Assembly (NCBI GenBank): GCA_002269645.1
Contig: NIVC01000156.1
Coordinates: 1-41,871 of the forward strand
DNA length: 41,871 nt
Origin: Macrostomum lignano
Taxonomy: Eukaryota
Direction: 5' to 3'
Below the pieces are notes generated by a model. It had not been told where the DNA came from. It ran no database searches and saw only the letters and a program-made list of their open reading frames with translations. Made by a program: the position numbers and the translations under genes. Every line of letters starts with the position of its first letter. Positions within the stretch are counted from its first letter, which is position 1. Of the stretch, positions 11,135 through 22,175 are shown in pieces.

Positions 11135-11572
11135 TTTTGGTGCCGCAGGCGCTCATTCTGGTGCCACAGGCACATTTTGGCACCACAGGCACTCATTTGG
11201 CACCACAGGAACTCATTTTGGCGCCACAGGCACCCATTTGGCACCACAGGCACTCATTTTGGCACCACAGGAACTCATTTTGGCACCACAGTCACTCATT
11301 TGGCACCACAGGAACTCATTTTGGCACCACAGGAACTCATTTTGGCGCCACAGGCACCCATTTGGCACCACAGGCACTCATTTTGGCACTGCAGGCACTC
11401 ATTTTGGCACCACAGGAACTCATTTTGGCACCACAGTCACTCATTTGGCACCACAGGAACTCATTTTGGCGCCACAGGCACTCATTTGGCACCACAGGCA
11501 CTCATTTTGGCACCACAGGCACTCATTTTGGCACCACAGGCACTCATTTTGGCACTGCAGGCACTCATTTTC
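11135..11572. repeat. 20-21-bp minisatellite (CACCACAGGCACTCATTTTGG)
   Basis: Direct reading, about 21 copies, downstream of WDR3. Confidence 0.93.
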
Positions 11573-11592
11573 TTACGCCTTTCTTATAGCTC

Positions 11593-13040
11593 TATCGATA
11601 TTTATAAAGCTCTTCGTTCAGAAAATTAGGATTCTATGTTAATTTTTTATTCTACCGTACAATTGCACATTTCTTGTGCCTAAAAATCATTAAAATGGCA
11701 CGGCAATCACAGACAATAAAATAGATTCATAAAACCGAATAGTTGATCGAGCTGTGCCATGCAAATTCTTATGGAAAGTTCCCATCTTCGTAGTGTATTA
11801 TTCGGCGAAAAGTGGCCTTCAAAACATTTTTCATAGATTATGAGTGTTGCGTCTTTCTGCTTTAGTAGTCCTTGCATGTCCCCCTGTCCCCCGGTGGCAA
11901 CGCCCCTGCCCCCTCCAGTAGGTAAACAGGGTACCGGTTCAATTTGTTCAATATAAGTCGCCTTCACAAGTAATTATGCTCTTAAGCTGCTTTAAAGTGT
12001 CAATGTGTCCAGGGCTTAAGCACATAGTTGCACCTTGAAAGCTACAGAACAGACACTCAAAAAACTCTCATAGCATAATTGTGGGAATGATCGAAGCCGC
12101 TCATCGTCCTTCATTGTTGTTAAACGTCAGAATTCCGCCCAGTTTTTCAATTAAAAGTCTCACGCAGACTTCATTTATATGGAGGCTCTTTGAGCTTCTG
12201 TAGTTCCCGCGGTTTTAGAAGATGATGAGCATATCTAGCCATGACGTAGATGAAGCCTACTGGGTGTCCACTTGGGTCCAGTTGCAGATTGCCTTAATTA
12301 ATTTGGCCACTGCCCGATAATAGAGGATGATGGTGTGCTCCTAGTTCCCGAGCACTGCAGGTGTGGCAGTTACTTTGGCTATTTTGTGCATTGGCGCTCG
12401 CTAACTCACCTTGGCGATTCCTCACACGCCCTTCATGAGCTCACGCGTATCCACACACGCATGCACCCACCCACCCAGATCTCTGAAGAGTTCCGCTGAT
12501 ATAAGTAAAGAATTTTAATTAAAAAAGTGAAGATAATTACTAATTGCCTCGCGAACTGAAGTGCTTATATATTGTTGGCAGATTAAGCCTGAAAACACGA
12601 AAACGCCCCAAATAGTCGCAAGTGTACGTTTTGTCTTGACCAGCGATTTTAACAAACTGCCCGTAGAAGAATTTGAATAGCAATAAAATAGAAAAAATAG
12701 CAATGTCGTTAAAAGAATATTTTCAGAAAAAGTTGGTCTTCGACAAAGTTTAATTGATTATGATAAACGAATCGAAAAATCACTGGTTAACCAAATCATT
12801 CCACTGATTTTACAGTCAAGAACTACTCAAGTTTCTTGGAAAGTTTTAGGAGGCAGCTTTTACCGAAAGAATACACTTATACAGAGATAGGAGGCTTCCA
12901 TTTTTCAGCAAAAAATGTTATTGCTTTTGATTTTTTAGTTATATTGATATTCATTAAGCTTCTCGTAAAGAAAATTAGGATTCTATGTTAATTTTATATT
13001 CTACGTACAATCTTACACGTACTGTGCCTAAAAATCATTT
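11593..13040. repeat. Diverged direct repeats of about 100 bp (11593-11691 and 12943-13040) bounding a unique segment of about 1.25 kb
   Basis: Both copies contain GAAAATTAGGATTCTATGTTAATTTT.....TTCTAC.GTACAAT....TGTGCCTAAAAATCATT. Confidence 0.75.
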
Positions 13041-13126
13041 ACGACTAAAATTGGTAAAACTTGACTCGCTGCTTTTACGAACCGGTGTTATTATTATGTT
13101 ACAATTTTCTTACACAATCATTAGGC

Positions 13127-13450
13127 TAATAATAATAATATCAGTAATAATAATTAATTTCACCTGCCCTAAGCGCCAGATGTGCAACCGACAGCTCAGC
13201 CGCAGCTATTGCGCGGCGCATCTGAAGGCTGCGTGCGGCTGTTCAGTCCAAGGACGGGGAGGTCGCCACGCACACCTTCAATTACCCCAGCTAATGCTGG
13301 CACTGGCACCCATTTTACAGCTGGGTGAGCTGAAGCAATGCAGAGTTGAGCTTATTGCACAAGGACGCAAATTGTTCCAGTGAGATAGGGAATCGAACCC
13401 CCGACCTTTCAGTCGCGATTCCGACGCTCTCACCACTAAGCTACAGCCCC
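13127..13450 (-). mobile_element. tRNA-derived SINE with CORE-like central domain and (TTA)n tail
   Basis: Minus strand reads GGGGCTGTAGCTTAGTGG (A box) ... GGGGTTCGATTCCC (B box), then GTCCTTGTGCAATAAGCTCAACTCTGCATTGCTTCAGCTCACCCAGCTGTAAAATGGG, resembling the MIR/CORE consensus ...CCTTGGGCAAG...CTGTAAAATGGG, and ends in ATTATTATTATTA. The acceptor stem does not pair, so this is not a tRNA gene. Confidence 0.8.
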
Positions 13451-13451
13451 C

Positions 13452-13520
13452 AGGTTACAGACATGATATCTTGTAACCTGTTAGACATGACATTCTGTAA
13501 CCTGTTAGACATGACATTCT
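13452..13520. repeat. Short array of the 24-bp TAACCTGTTAGACATGA.ATTCTG repeat downstream of the SLC6 stop codon
   Basis: About 3 copies; same unit as 13980-14315. Confidence 0.85.
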
Positions 13521-13664
13521 ATAGCCAGCGAACTTTGCAGCTGATTCGCGGGTGCTGTTGAGTTGTCCCCATAGTCTCGTACTAGAGCTGGTAACAATTG
13601 CATGCAATAGAAAACCGGAGTGTCTGCTCTCATCTCTGAGCCCCATCCATCATGAACTCAAATC

Positions 13665-16514
13665 TCAAGGCTCAAGTTCGTAGGCAAGATTCGGGGAACC
13701 ATTGACTCCGATGGTGTTGCTGTGGTAGCTGTCTCCGCCTCGCCCGTTGCCATGGTGTTCGACCGAGTTCGAATTCAAATTATTTTCCGGCGACTTCCGC
13801 TTCCGACAGAGGCTTAGCGGAAATGTGTCCCTAGGGCCCAGGGTGAACCAGTGGCGCAGGGTGTAGCGAGTCACCAGGCCCTGGGCTACCAGTTCGTGAT
13901 CCCTGATGGGAGTTATGGCCTTGGCGAGGCTCTGCAAGTGAATGAAGAGATGCATGCAAGAGGTGAGAGTTGATTCCGTTACCTGTTAGACATGAAACTC
14001 TGTAACCTGTTAGACATGAAATACTGAAATCTGTTGAACATGAAATTCTGTAACCTGTTAGACATGAAATTCTGTAACCTGTTAGACATGAAATTCTGTA
14101 ACCTGTTAGACATGAAATTCTGTAACGTGTTAGACATGAAATTCTGAAATCTGTTAGACATTAAATTCTGTAACCTGTTAGACATGGCATCTTGTAACCT
14201 GTTAGACATCTTGTAACCTGTTAGACACGACATCTTGTAGCCTGTTAGACATGAAATCTTGTAGCTTGTTAGACACGACATCTTGTAGCCTGTTAGACAT
14301 CTTGTAACCTGTCTAAGGACAGTCCGAATGTGGAACGCGCACTCACCCGATAGTAGATGAACACAATGATTGCCACCAGGGGAATCAGAGCGATCTGGGA
14401 GAAGCACATGACCCAGCCGATGACTTTGCCGCTGATAGGGTACTTGTATACATAACTAGCATCCGCTGTGCGGTTCGGGAACAGTTCAGGGTGGTACTCG
14501 GTGTACTGGTAGGAGTAAAGGAAACTGCTGGGATCGGCCAGGGAGATGCAGTTGAACACGATTATCACCTGGAGTGGGTTGAGGCAATCAATTTATTATT
14601 TTTGAGATGTACTCTAAACTCAAATAAGGAGGAGGAGAGGGTGGGAGAGGGTGAGGGAGGAGAGGGTGGGAGAGGGTGAGGGAGGAGAGGGTGGGAGAGG
14701 GTGAGGGAGGAGAGGGTGGGAGAGGGTGAGGGAGGAGAGGGTGGGAGAGGGTGAGGGAGGAGAGGGTGGGAGAGGGTGAGGGAGGAGAGGGTGTGAGAGG
14801 AGGAGAGGGTGAGGGAGGAGAGGGTGAGGGAGGAGAGGGTTGAGAGGAGGAGAGGGTGTGAGAGGGTGAGGGAGGAGGAAAGGGTCGGAGAGGGTAAGGG
14901 AGGAGAGGGTGGGAGAGGAGGAGAGGGTGAGGCAGGAGGAGAGGGTGAGGCAGGAGGAGAGGGTGAGGCAGGAGGAGAGGGTGGGAGAGGAGGGGAGGGT
15001 GTGAGAGGGTGAGGCAGGAGGAGAGGGTGAGGCAGGAGGAGAGGGTGAGGCAGGAGGAGAGGGTGAGGCAGGAGGAGAGGGTGAGGCAGGAGGAGAGGGT
15101 GAGGCAGGAGGAGAGGGTGAGGCAGGAGGAGAGGGTGGGAGAGGAGGAGAGGGTGAGGCAGGAGGAGAGGGTGAGGCAGGAGGAGAGGGCGGCACAGAAT
15201 CTGCTGTCCCGCACTCACCAGGATGAAAACGGGAGCGATGAATTTCCAGCACAATCGCCAATAGATTCCGGGCGCGAACCCCAGGTTGGTTTTGACGTCC
15301 TGGCAGAACTGATCCAGGCCTTCATTGAAATTTTTTCACAGAATAATCAAAGCTCAAGACAATAACAAGGTAGTGAATGCACATTAAAACATTCAAAAAA
15401 AATCTGACCATAAATCCAGGACACAACAAAGGCTTGCGTGAAAGCCACGAAAATGATGGACAGACCGGCTGAGAAATTATTGAACAGATTCCATAGGTAC
15501 ATGCCGCCCTGTGAATTGTTGGAAGCGGTGGGTTCTGAGCAACCGGTAAATATGACCTAATCTAAATGATGCGCATAATCTACATGTAAATTGTGACCTA
15601 AATCGATATACTATTCACGACCTCAACTATCTACTTGCTATCTGGGGGATGCTTGCTGTCTTGGGGATGTTTTCTATTTAGGGGGAATGCCTGTTATCTT
15701 TGTGAAAGCTTTATTTTGTTGTCTTTCTGTTAATTATAGAAAAAAAGAGATTCATAGCAAACATCTTTGTCCGTGACAATTTTACTTGATTAAGGTGATT
15801 TATAAAACTGAAGAAGGAATTGGTTCTTAAGAAAATGTGCTCTTTTAATTGTTCTCCATGAATATTTTTTGCTCCTTGCTTATTGCGCGCCCCGAAGGGG
15901 GGTACTAGATTGCTAGTCTATATACTATTTATGACCTAAACTATGACCCCATCTAGACCTGTCAAAACGCAGGTCAAAGACGCATCTGAAACTCACCGGA
16001 GTGCACAGCAGGATGGACACCAGAAAAGCGGCGTACACCACAACAGCTGAGAAAGCCTGACGGAAGAATCGATATTTCCCCAGACGTTTTTCGAGATAGT
16101 CGCCGAATCCCGTGAGCACGCTCTCTATGCCGCCCATCTGGAAATAGTTTTAGCAGCAATCTCTTGTGTCAGTTTATTGTCAATGCCACTGAGACTTCAG
16201 CATCCGTCAGACTCACAGCGCTGTCCAGCCCGAGGGTGATCAGCAGGCCGAAGAACAGGATGGACCACAGAGGCGCCATTGGCAGGGTGCCGATGGCCAC
16301 TGGGTACACTTGGAATACCAGCCCGGGGCCTGCAGGAGTGTTTGAGTGTGAATTGGTCTTTGAATTCGAAATTCAATAAAAATATTAGTTAGTTAGATAA
16401 TTGTTATTAGTCAGTTATTTCGTTAGCTAGCTTGCTAGAAATTTTGTTAGTTAGTTAGTTAGATATTTAGTCAGTTAGTTAGTTAGTTACTTAGTTAGTT
16501 AGTTAGTTAGATAT

Positions 16515-16555
<41 letters not shown>

Positions 16556-16603
16556 CAGTTAGTTAGTTAGTTAGTTAGTTAGTCAGTTAGTTAGTCAGTT
16601 AGC

Positions 16604-16679
<76 letters not shown>

Positions 16680-16684
16680 CAGTC

Positions 16685-16731
<47 letters not shown>

Positions 16732-16744
16732 CAGTTAGTTAGTC

Positions 16745-16815
<71 letters not shown>

Positions 16816-17318
16816 CAGAAACGGAGCAGTAATTTCGCACCCTCAGTGGTGACCTCCTCAATGGGCTTGCCAGTCACCTCGGCCATGTAGCCCAGGTAGC
16901 TGAACACCACGAACCCGGCCAGGAAGCTGGCGGACACGTTGGCCGCGGTCGCGATCAGGCTGTCCCGGTAGCAGTTGCTGGTCTTGCTGCTGTAGCTTGC
17001 CAGAGCCAGGTGGACACCGAAGCCGGCGCCGGTTGAGTAGAACACCTGAATGGCGGCCTCGATCCACGGCTGTGTGGAGAGTAAATCATCAATTGAAAGC
17101 TGAATTTGGAACCATTTTTCATTGCCACATCGGGTGAAAATATTTTTACCTCGATTGAATTCAGTTTAGAAACGTCTGGCAGGATAAAGTACGTGATGCC
17201 CTTTGTGGCGCCCGGCAGTCTGGCTCCGTTGCCAACCAGAATGAGCATCAGGATGTACGGCAGAGTGGCAGTGATGTAAACAACCTTGGAAATATATGTA
17301 GAGATGGCAGATTAGATT

Positions 17319-17415
<97 letters not shown>

Positions 17416-17420
17416 CAGAC

Positions 17421-17465
<45 letters not shown>

Positions 17466-18221
17466 TATATATAGATAAGACATACCTTTCCAGAGGTCTT
17501 CACCCCGCGCCACAGCGAGAAGTACAGGCAGGTGAAGACCACAAAGCAGCAGATGACGAGCCCCAGCTTCGGGCTGCCCAGTCTGTCGATGCCGCTGCTC
17601 TGGTGGAGGCCGAGAACTCCCCGTCTGCAGTTCGAGTGCAAAGCAGCAGGGGATGCGGCTTCAATAAATCAAAGGAGAAACAGAAAAAAGATGGCATTTG
17701 TCTCACTCAAAGAACTCCTCGGAGGCCAGCACGGCATTGGCGCTGAGGTTCTGAGCAGACAGGTTCCTGTACTGCTCAACGGTGACGCACCACCTGGTGT
17801 TGAAGTGGTTGTCACACTTCATCCAGGGCAGGGCGTCAGTTGGCGACAGCGAGTTGAACAGGTACAGAAAGCACCAGCCTATGATGACGTTATAGTAGAA
17901 TGCAACCAGGTAGCTCATGAGATTCTGGGCCAGGCCCAGACCCCTGGCGATGGGGCAGATGTCCCACACTGCGATGGGGCCTCTCTGGTTCATCTGGCCA
18001 AGCAGCAGCTCCATGTAGAGCAGGGGCACCGCTTGGAAGAAATTCATCAGCAGGTAGGGGATGAGGAAGGCGCCTGGAATTTGTTGTCATGCATCGCACA
18101 CTGTTGGAGTCTGTGAGTCTGGCGTTCTTTGTCTGCTTGCCTGTCTGCCTGTCTGTGTGTGTGTCTGCCTGTCTGTGTGTGTGTCTGTCTGTCTGTCTGT
18201 GTGTCTGTCTGTCTGTCTTAG

Positions 18222-18266
<45 letters not shown>

Positions 18267-18678
18267 CTCCGTCTGTCTGTCTGCTTGTACATGTAATTTT
18301 GTATATAATGACAGTCCGTCTGTCTGGCTGTAACGATAGACTGTCTCTTACTCTAGCTGTAATTTCCGCCTACCAGTCTTTAATGTGTGCCCAACAGTCT
18401 GTAAATGACAGTCTGTCCAAACGGGCATGCATGGCACCACCAAGTCGCTCACCGCCGCCATACTTGTAGCACAGGTATGGGAACCGCCACACGTTGGACA
18501 GGTCCACAGCAAATCCCACAACAGACAGCAAGAAGTCGACCCTGGATCCCCAGCTCTCGCGCTCCCTCTGCTGCTGTCCGCCGCCGCTCCCATCCGCCCC
18601 AATTTGGGAGCCGGCCGCGCTCTGGCCGAGATCCACCACCTCGATGTCCTCCGTCTTGACCTCACCTCTGACGTTCAT
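13665..18678 (-). CDS. SLC6A3: SLC6 Na+/Cl- dependent monoamine transporter, dopamine/catecholamine-transporter-like, about 679 aa
   Basis: Exons in transcription order: 18678-18453, 18073-17707, 17624-17486, 17284-17150, 17069-16841, 16329-16217, 16137-15997, 15508-15409, 15319-15219, 14568-14347, 13931-13665; phase-consistent, 2040 nt. [43 protein letters not shown] has the monoamine-specific TM1 Asp and the catecholamine-type Phe. TM8 [16 protein letters not shown] is DAT-like. Exact orthology (DAT vs NET/octopamine transporter) needs a phylogeny. Confidence 0.88.
13980..14315. repeat. 24-bp minisatellite in SLC6 intron 10
   Basis: TAACCTGTTAGACATGAAATTCTG, about 14 copies with shorter variants. 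Confidence 0.92.
14628..15190. repeat. Purine-rich satellite (GAGGGTGAGGCAGGAGGA and 27-bp GAGGGTGGGAGAGGGTGAGGGAGGA.. units) in SLC6 intron 9
   Basis: Direct reading; almost all purines on +, so polypyrimidine-rich on the transcript strand. Confidence 0.93.
16386..16815. repeat. (TTAG)n microsatellite, about 430 bp, SLC6 intron 5; reads (CTAA)n on the transcript strand
   Basis: Direct reading, with occasional TCAG variants. Confidence 0.97.
17319..17478. repeat. (GATA)n microsatellite, SLC6 intron 3
   Basis: Direct reading. Confidence 0.97.
18128..18285. repeat. (CTGT)n/(GT)n microsatellite, SLC6 intron 1
   Basis: Direct reading. Confidence 0.95.
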
Positions 18679-19139
18679 TGTAAAACAATTAATAGAAATT
18701 AAAATATTAATACTCCTAGAAACTCAATAAAAAGTTTTCACTCTCTAAGTGCATGACAGGTTTTATATAGTCGTAAAGCATTGGCTTGTGCGTAGTGAGA
18801 ACTGCTTTATTGCTCAAATGGGGCTCTCAAGCTAGCCAATGGCCGTTTAGTAATGTTGTTATCCGCTGTACTTATTTGCGCAGAACTTATTATACATGTA
18901 GGCTGCATTCCTGCAAGCGCTCAACTCAAATTAAATGGCTATTTAATACCATCATTATAGGCTCGCCAGTTTCAGGTGCGGCCACTTTATTGCATGCACT
19001 GTTAGGTATGCCGAGAGTTTTAGCTAACGGTATTTAGATCGTCGCTTGATGGGTCTTCTATATAGCTTAGCTTGCAATAGTTCGTCAGTGGCTGCGTTTT
19101 TAAAGTATGTAGGACACCTGATGGTTAGGGGAACGTAGC

Positions 19140-19925
19140 CCAGCAACTGAGGATCTGGCTTAGGAGGCTGGCCCAGCAACTGAGGATCTGGCTTAGGAGG
19201 CTGGCCCAGCAACTGAGGATCTGGCTTAGGAGGCTGGCCTAGCAACTGAGGATCTGGGAGGCTGGCCCAGCAACTGGGGATCTGGCTTAGGAGGCTGGCC
19301 TAGCAACTGAGGATCTGGGAGGCTGGCCCAGCAACTGAGGATCTGGGAGGCAGGCCCAGCAAATGAGGATCTGGGAGGCTGGTGGCCCAGCAACTGAGGA
19401 TCTGGGAGGCTGGTGGCCCAGCAACTGACGATCTGGGAGGCTGGCCCAGCAACTGACGATCTGGGAGGCTGGCCCAGCAACTGACGATCTGGGAGGCTGG
19501 TGGCCCAGCAACTGACGATCTGGGAGGCTGGCCCAGCAACTGAGGATCTGGGAGGCTGGTGGCCCAGCGACTGAGGATCTGGGAGGCTGGTGGCCCAGCA
19601 ACTGAGGATCTGGGAGGCTGGTGGCCCAGCAACTGAGGATCTGGGAGGCTGGTGGCCCAGCAACTGAGGATCTGGGAGGCTGGTGGCCCAGCAACTGACG
19701 ATCTGGGAGGCTGGTGGCCCAGCAACTGAGGATCTGGGAGGCTGGCCCAGCAACTGAGGATCTGGGAGGCTGGTGGCCCAGCAACTGGGGATCTGGGAGG
19801 TTGGCCCAGCAACTGACGATCTGGGAGGCTGTCCAGCAACTGACTGTTGCATCATCAATCGCTACGGATCTGGCTGTCCCAGCAACTGAGGATCTGGGAG
19901 GACCCAGCAACTGGGAATCTGGGAA
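19140..19925. repeat. 28/31-bp minisatellite array (CCCAGCAACTGAGGATCTGGGAGGCTG[GTG]G)
   Basis: Reverse complement of the WDR3 intron 2/5 unit. Confidence 0.95.
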
Positions 19926-20497
19926 GCTAACGGTGGCACAACCTGTAGGTGCGGATGACAGGTTTTAAGCCCAAGTTTTACTTTATCAGTAATAAAACTT
20001 CGTCGCACGGTTATTTAGATTTGCATTGTAAAACGCAATGAAAGTATCTAAAAAAGTTAATTACCAGCAAAGGCAATATAATGCGTTTAATTTTCACTTT
20101 ATTCTGGTGTCTGAAAGTCTCTGCTTAAATTTAATTAACTCGTATATGAAATGAAATAAAATAAAAGCCTATTTCGCTGGAACGGACAAGCAAAAGTCAA
20201 ATATTCGGCTCCACTATGCTGCCCAGAACCTGAAGAAATGACGGTCTGCGTGTTTGTACAGAGCTCTGATTACACATTACCAAACATTTCAGCATGCAGG
20301 CATGTGGCGACCTGGACCGCAAATGGCAGACAGGAGTGCCAAAACGAACGCTCACTAGTACGAGTCCGAGGTGTAAAGGGTTGGCAAGGCTTCAAATTAC
20401 TTCGTACCAGCGTACTATAATAACTCCAGGTCTTAAATAGCTTGTAGTACGATTAGCACAGTAAGCAGGAACTTCTACAACTGCAGGTCGGCGGTGT

Positions 20498-21858
20498 CCC
20501 AGCAACTGGGGATTTGGGAGGCTGGTAGCCAAGCAACTGAGGATCTGGGAGGCTGGTGGCCCAGCAACTGAGGATCTGGGAGGCTGGCCCAGCAACTGAG
20601 GATCTGGGAGGCTGGCCCAGCAACTGAGGATCTGGGAGGCTGGCCCAGCAACTGAGGATCTGGGAGGCTGGCCCAGCAACTGAAGATCTAGCTTAGGAGG
20701 CTGGCCCAGCAACTGAGGATCTGGCTTAGGAGGCTGGCTTAGCAACTGAGGATCTGGGAGGCTGGTGGCCCAGCAACTGAGGATCTGGGAGGCTGGCCCA
20801 GCAACTGAGGATCTGGGAGGCTGGCCCAGCAACTGACGATCTGGGAGGCTGGTGGCCCAGCAACTGAGAATCTGGGAGGCTGGCCCAGCAACTGACGATC
20901 TGGGAGGCTGGCCCAGCAACTGACGATCTGGGAGGCTGGTGGCCCAGCAACTGAGGATCTGGGAGGCTGGTGGCCCAGCAACTGAGAATCTGGGAGGCTA
21001 GCCCAGCAACTGAGGATCTGAGAGGCTGGCCTAGCAACTGAGGATCTGGGAGGCTGGCCCAGCAACTGAGGATCTGGGAGGCTGGTGGCCCAGCAACTGA
21101 GAATCTGGGAGGCTGGCCCAGCAACTGACGATCTGGGAGGCTGGCCCAGCAACTGACGATCTGGGAGGCTGGTGGCCCAGCAACTGAGGATCTGGGAGGC
21201 TGGTGGCCCAGCAACTGAGAATCTGGGAGGCTAGCCCAGCAACTGAGGATCTGAGAGGCTGGCCTAGCAACTGAGGATCTGGGAGGCTGGCCCAGCAACT
21301 GAGGATCTGGGAGGCTGGTGGCCCAGCAACTGAGGATCTGGGAGGCTGGCCCAGCAACTGAGGATCTGGGAGGCTGGTGGCCCAGCAACTGGGGATCTGA
21401 GGCTGGTAGCCCAGCAACTGAGGATCTGGGAGGCTGGTGGCCCAGCAACTGAGGATCTGGGAGGCTGGTGGCCCAGCAACTGGGGATCTAGGAGGCTGGT
21501 AGCCCAGCAACTGAGGATCTGGGAGGCTGGTGGCCCAGCAGCTGAGGATCTGAGAGGCTGGTGGCCCAGCAACTGAGGATCTGGGAGGCTGGTGGCCCAG
21601 CAGCTGAGGATCTGGGAGGCTGGTGGCCCAGCAACTGGGGATCTAGGAGGCTGGTAGCCCAGCAACTGAGGATATGGGAGGCTGGTGGCCCAGCAACTGA
21701 GGATCTGGGAAGCTGGTGGCCCAGCAACTGAGGATATGGGAGGCTGGCCCAGCAACTGACGATCTGGGAGGCTGGTGGCCCAGCAACTGAGGATCTGGGA
21801 GGCTAGCCCAGCAACTGAGGATATGGGAGGCTGGCCCAGCAACGGAGTATCTGGGAGG
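20498..21858. repeat. 28/31-bp minisatellite array, about 45 copies
   Basis: Period 28 (CCCAG at 20588 and 20616) interleaved with 31-bp variants; explains the LLGQPPRSSVAG ORFs. Confidence 0.95.
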
Positions 21859-22175
21859 AGCTTAATGGAAAACTCAATTTAAAGCCAAATTAACAATGTT
21901 AACAAAGGTGGAATGCTTAAACTTAATTGCCCAGCAGTGCAGGAAACACAGAGACTTCAAACGTTCAAGTTTCGCTTTAATTTATATTTGATAATACGAA
22001 ACGCACAATCGGCAAGCCAGACAAACTCAAGCTTCAAAGTTAATGTCAATGAATTTCATTGAACAAAAAGCAATTCATAAAAATGCTCTCTTTGACACAG
22101 CTGACAAGTGAAGATGAAGAGTTCGTAGCGATTAAAAACCTCATCGTTAAGAAGAGTCTTGAGTATTCATCACTG

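Noticed and set aside
13387-13450. tRNA gene
   Set aside because: A and B boxes are present, but the acceptor and anticodon stems do not pair and the sequence continues into a SINE body and tail.
13452-14315. Parallel with the VNTRs of human DAT1 (3' UTR and intronic)
   Set aside because: No sequence similarity, and every gene in this window has VNTRs, so it is not specific.
16386-16815. Interstitial telomere
   Set aside because: The unit is TTAG, not TTAGGG, TTAGG or TTAGGC.
19226-21842. Many LLGQPPRSSVAG ORFs
   Set aside because: 28-aa periodicity from three 28-bp repeat units; no unique coding content.
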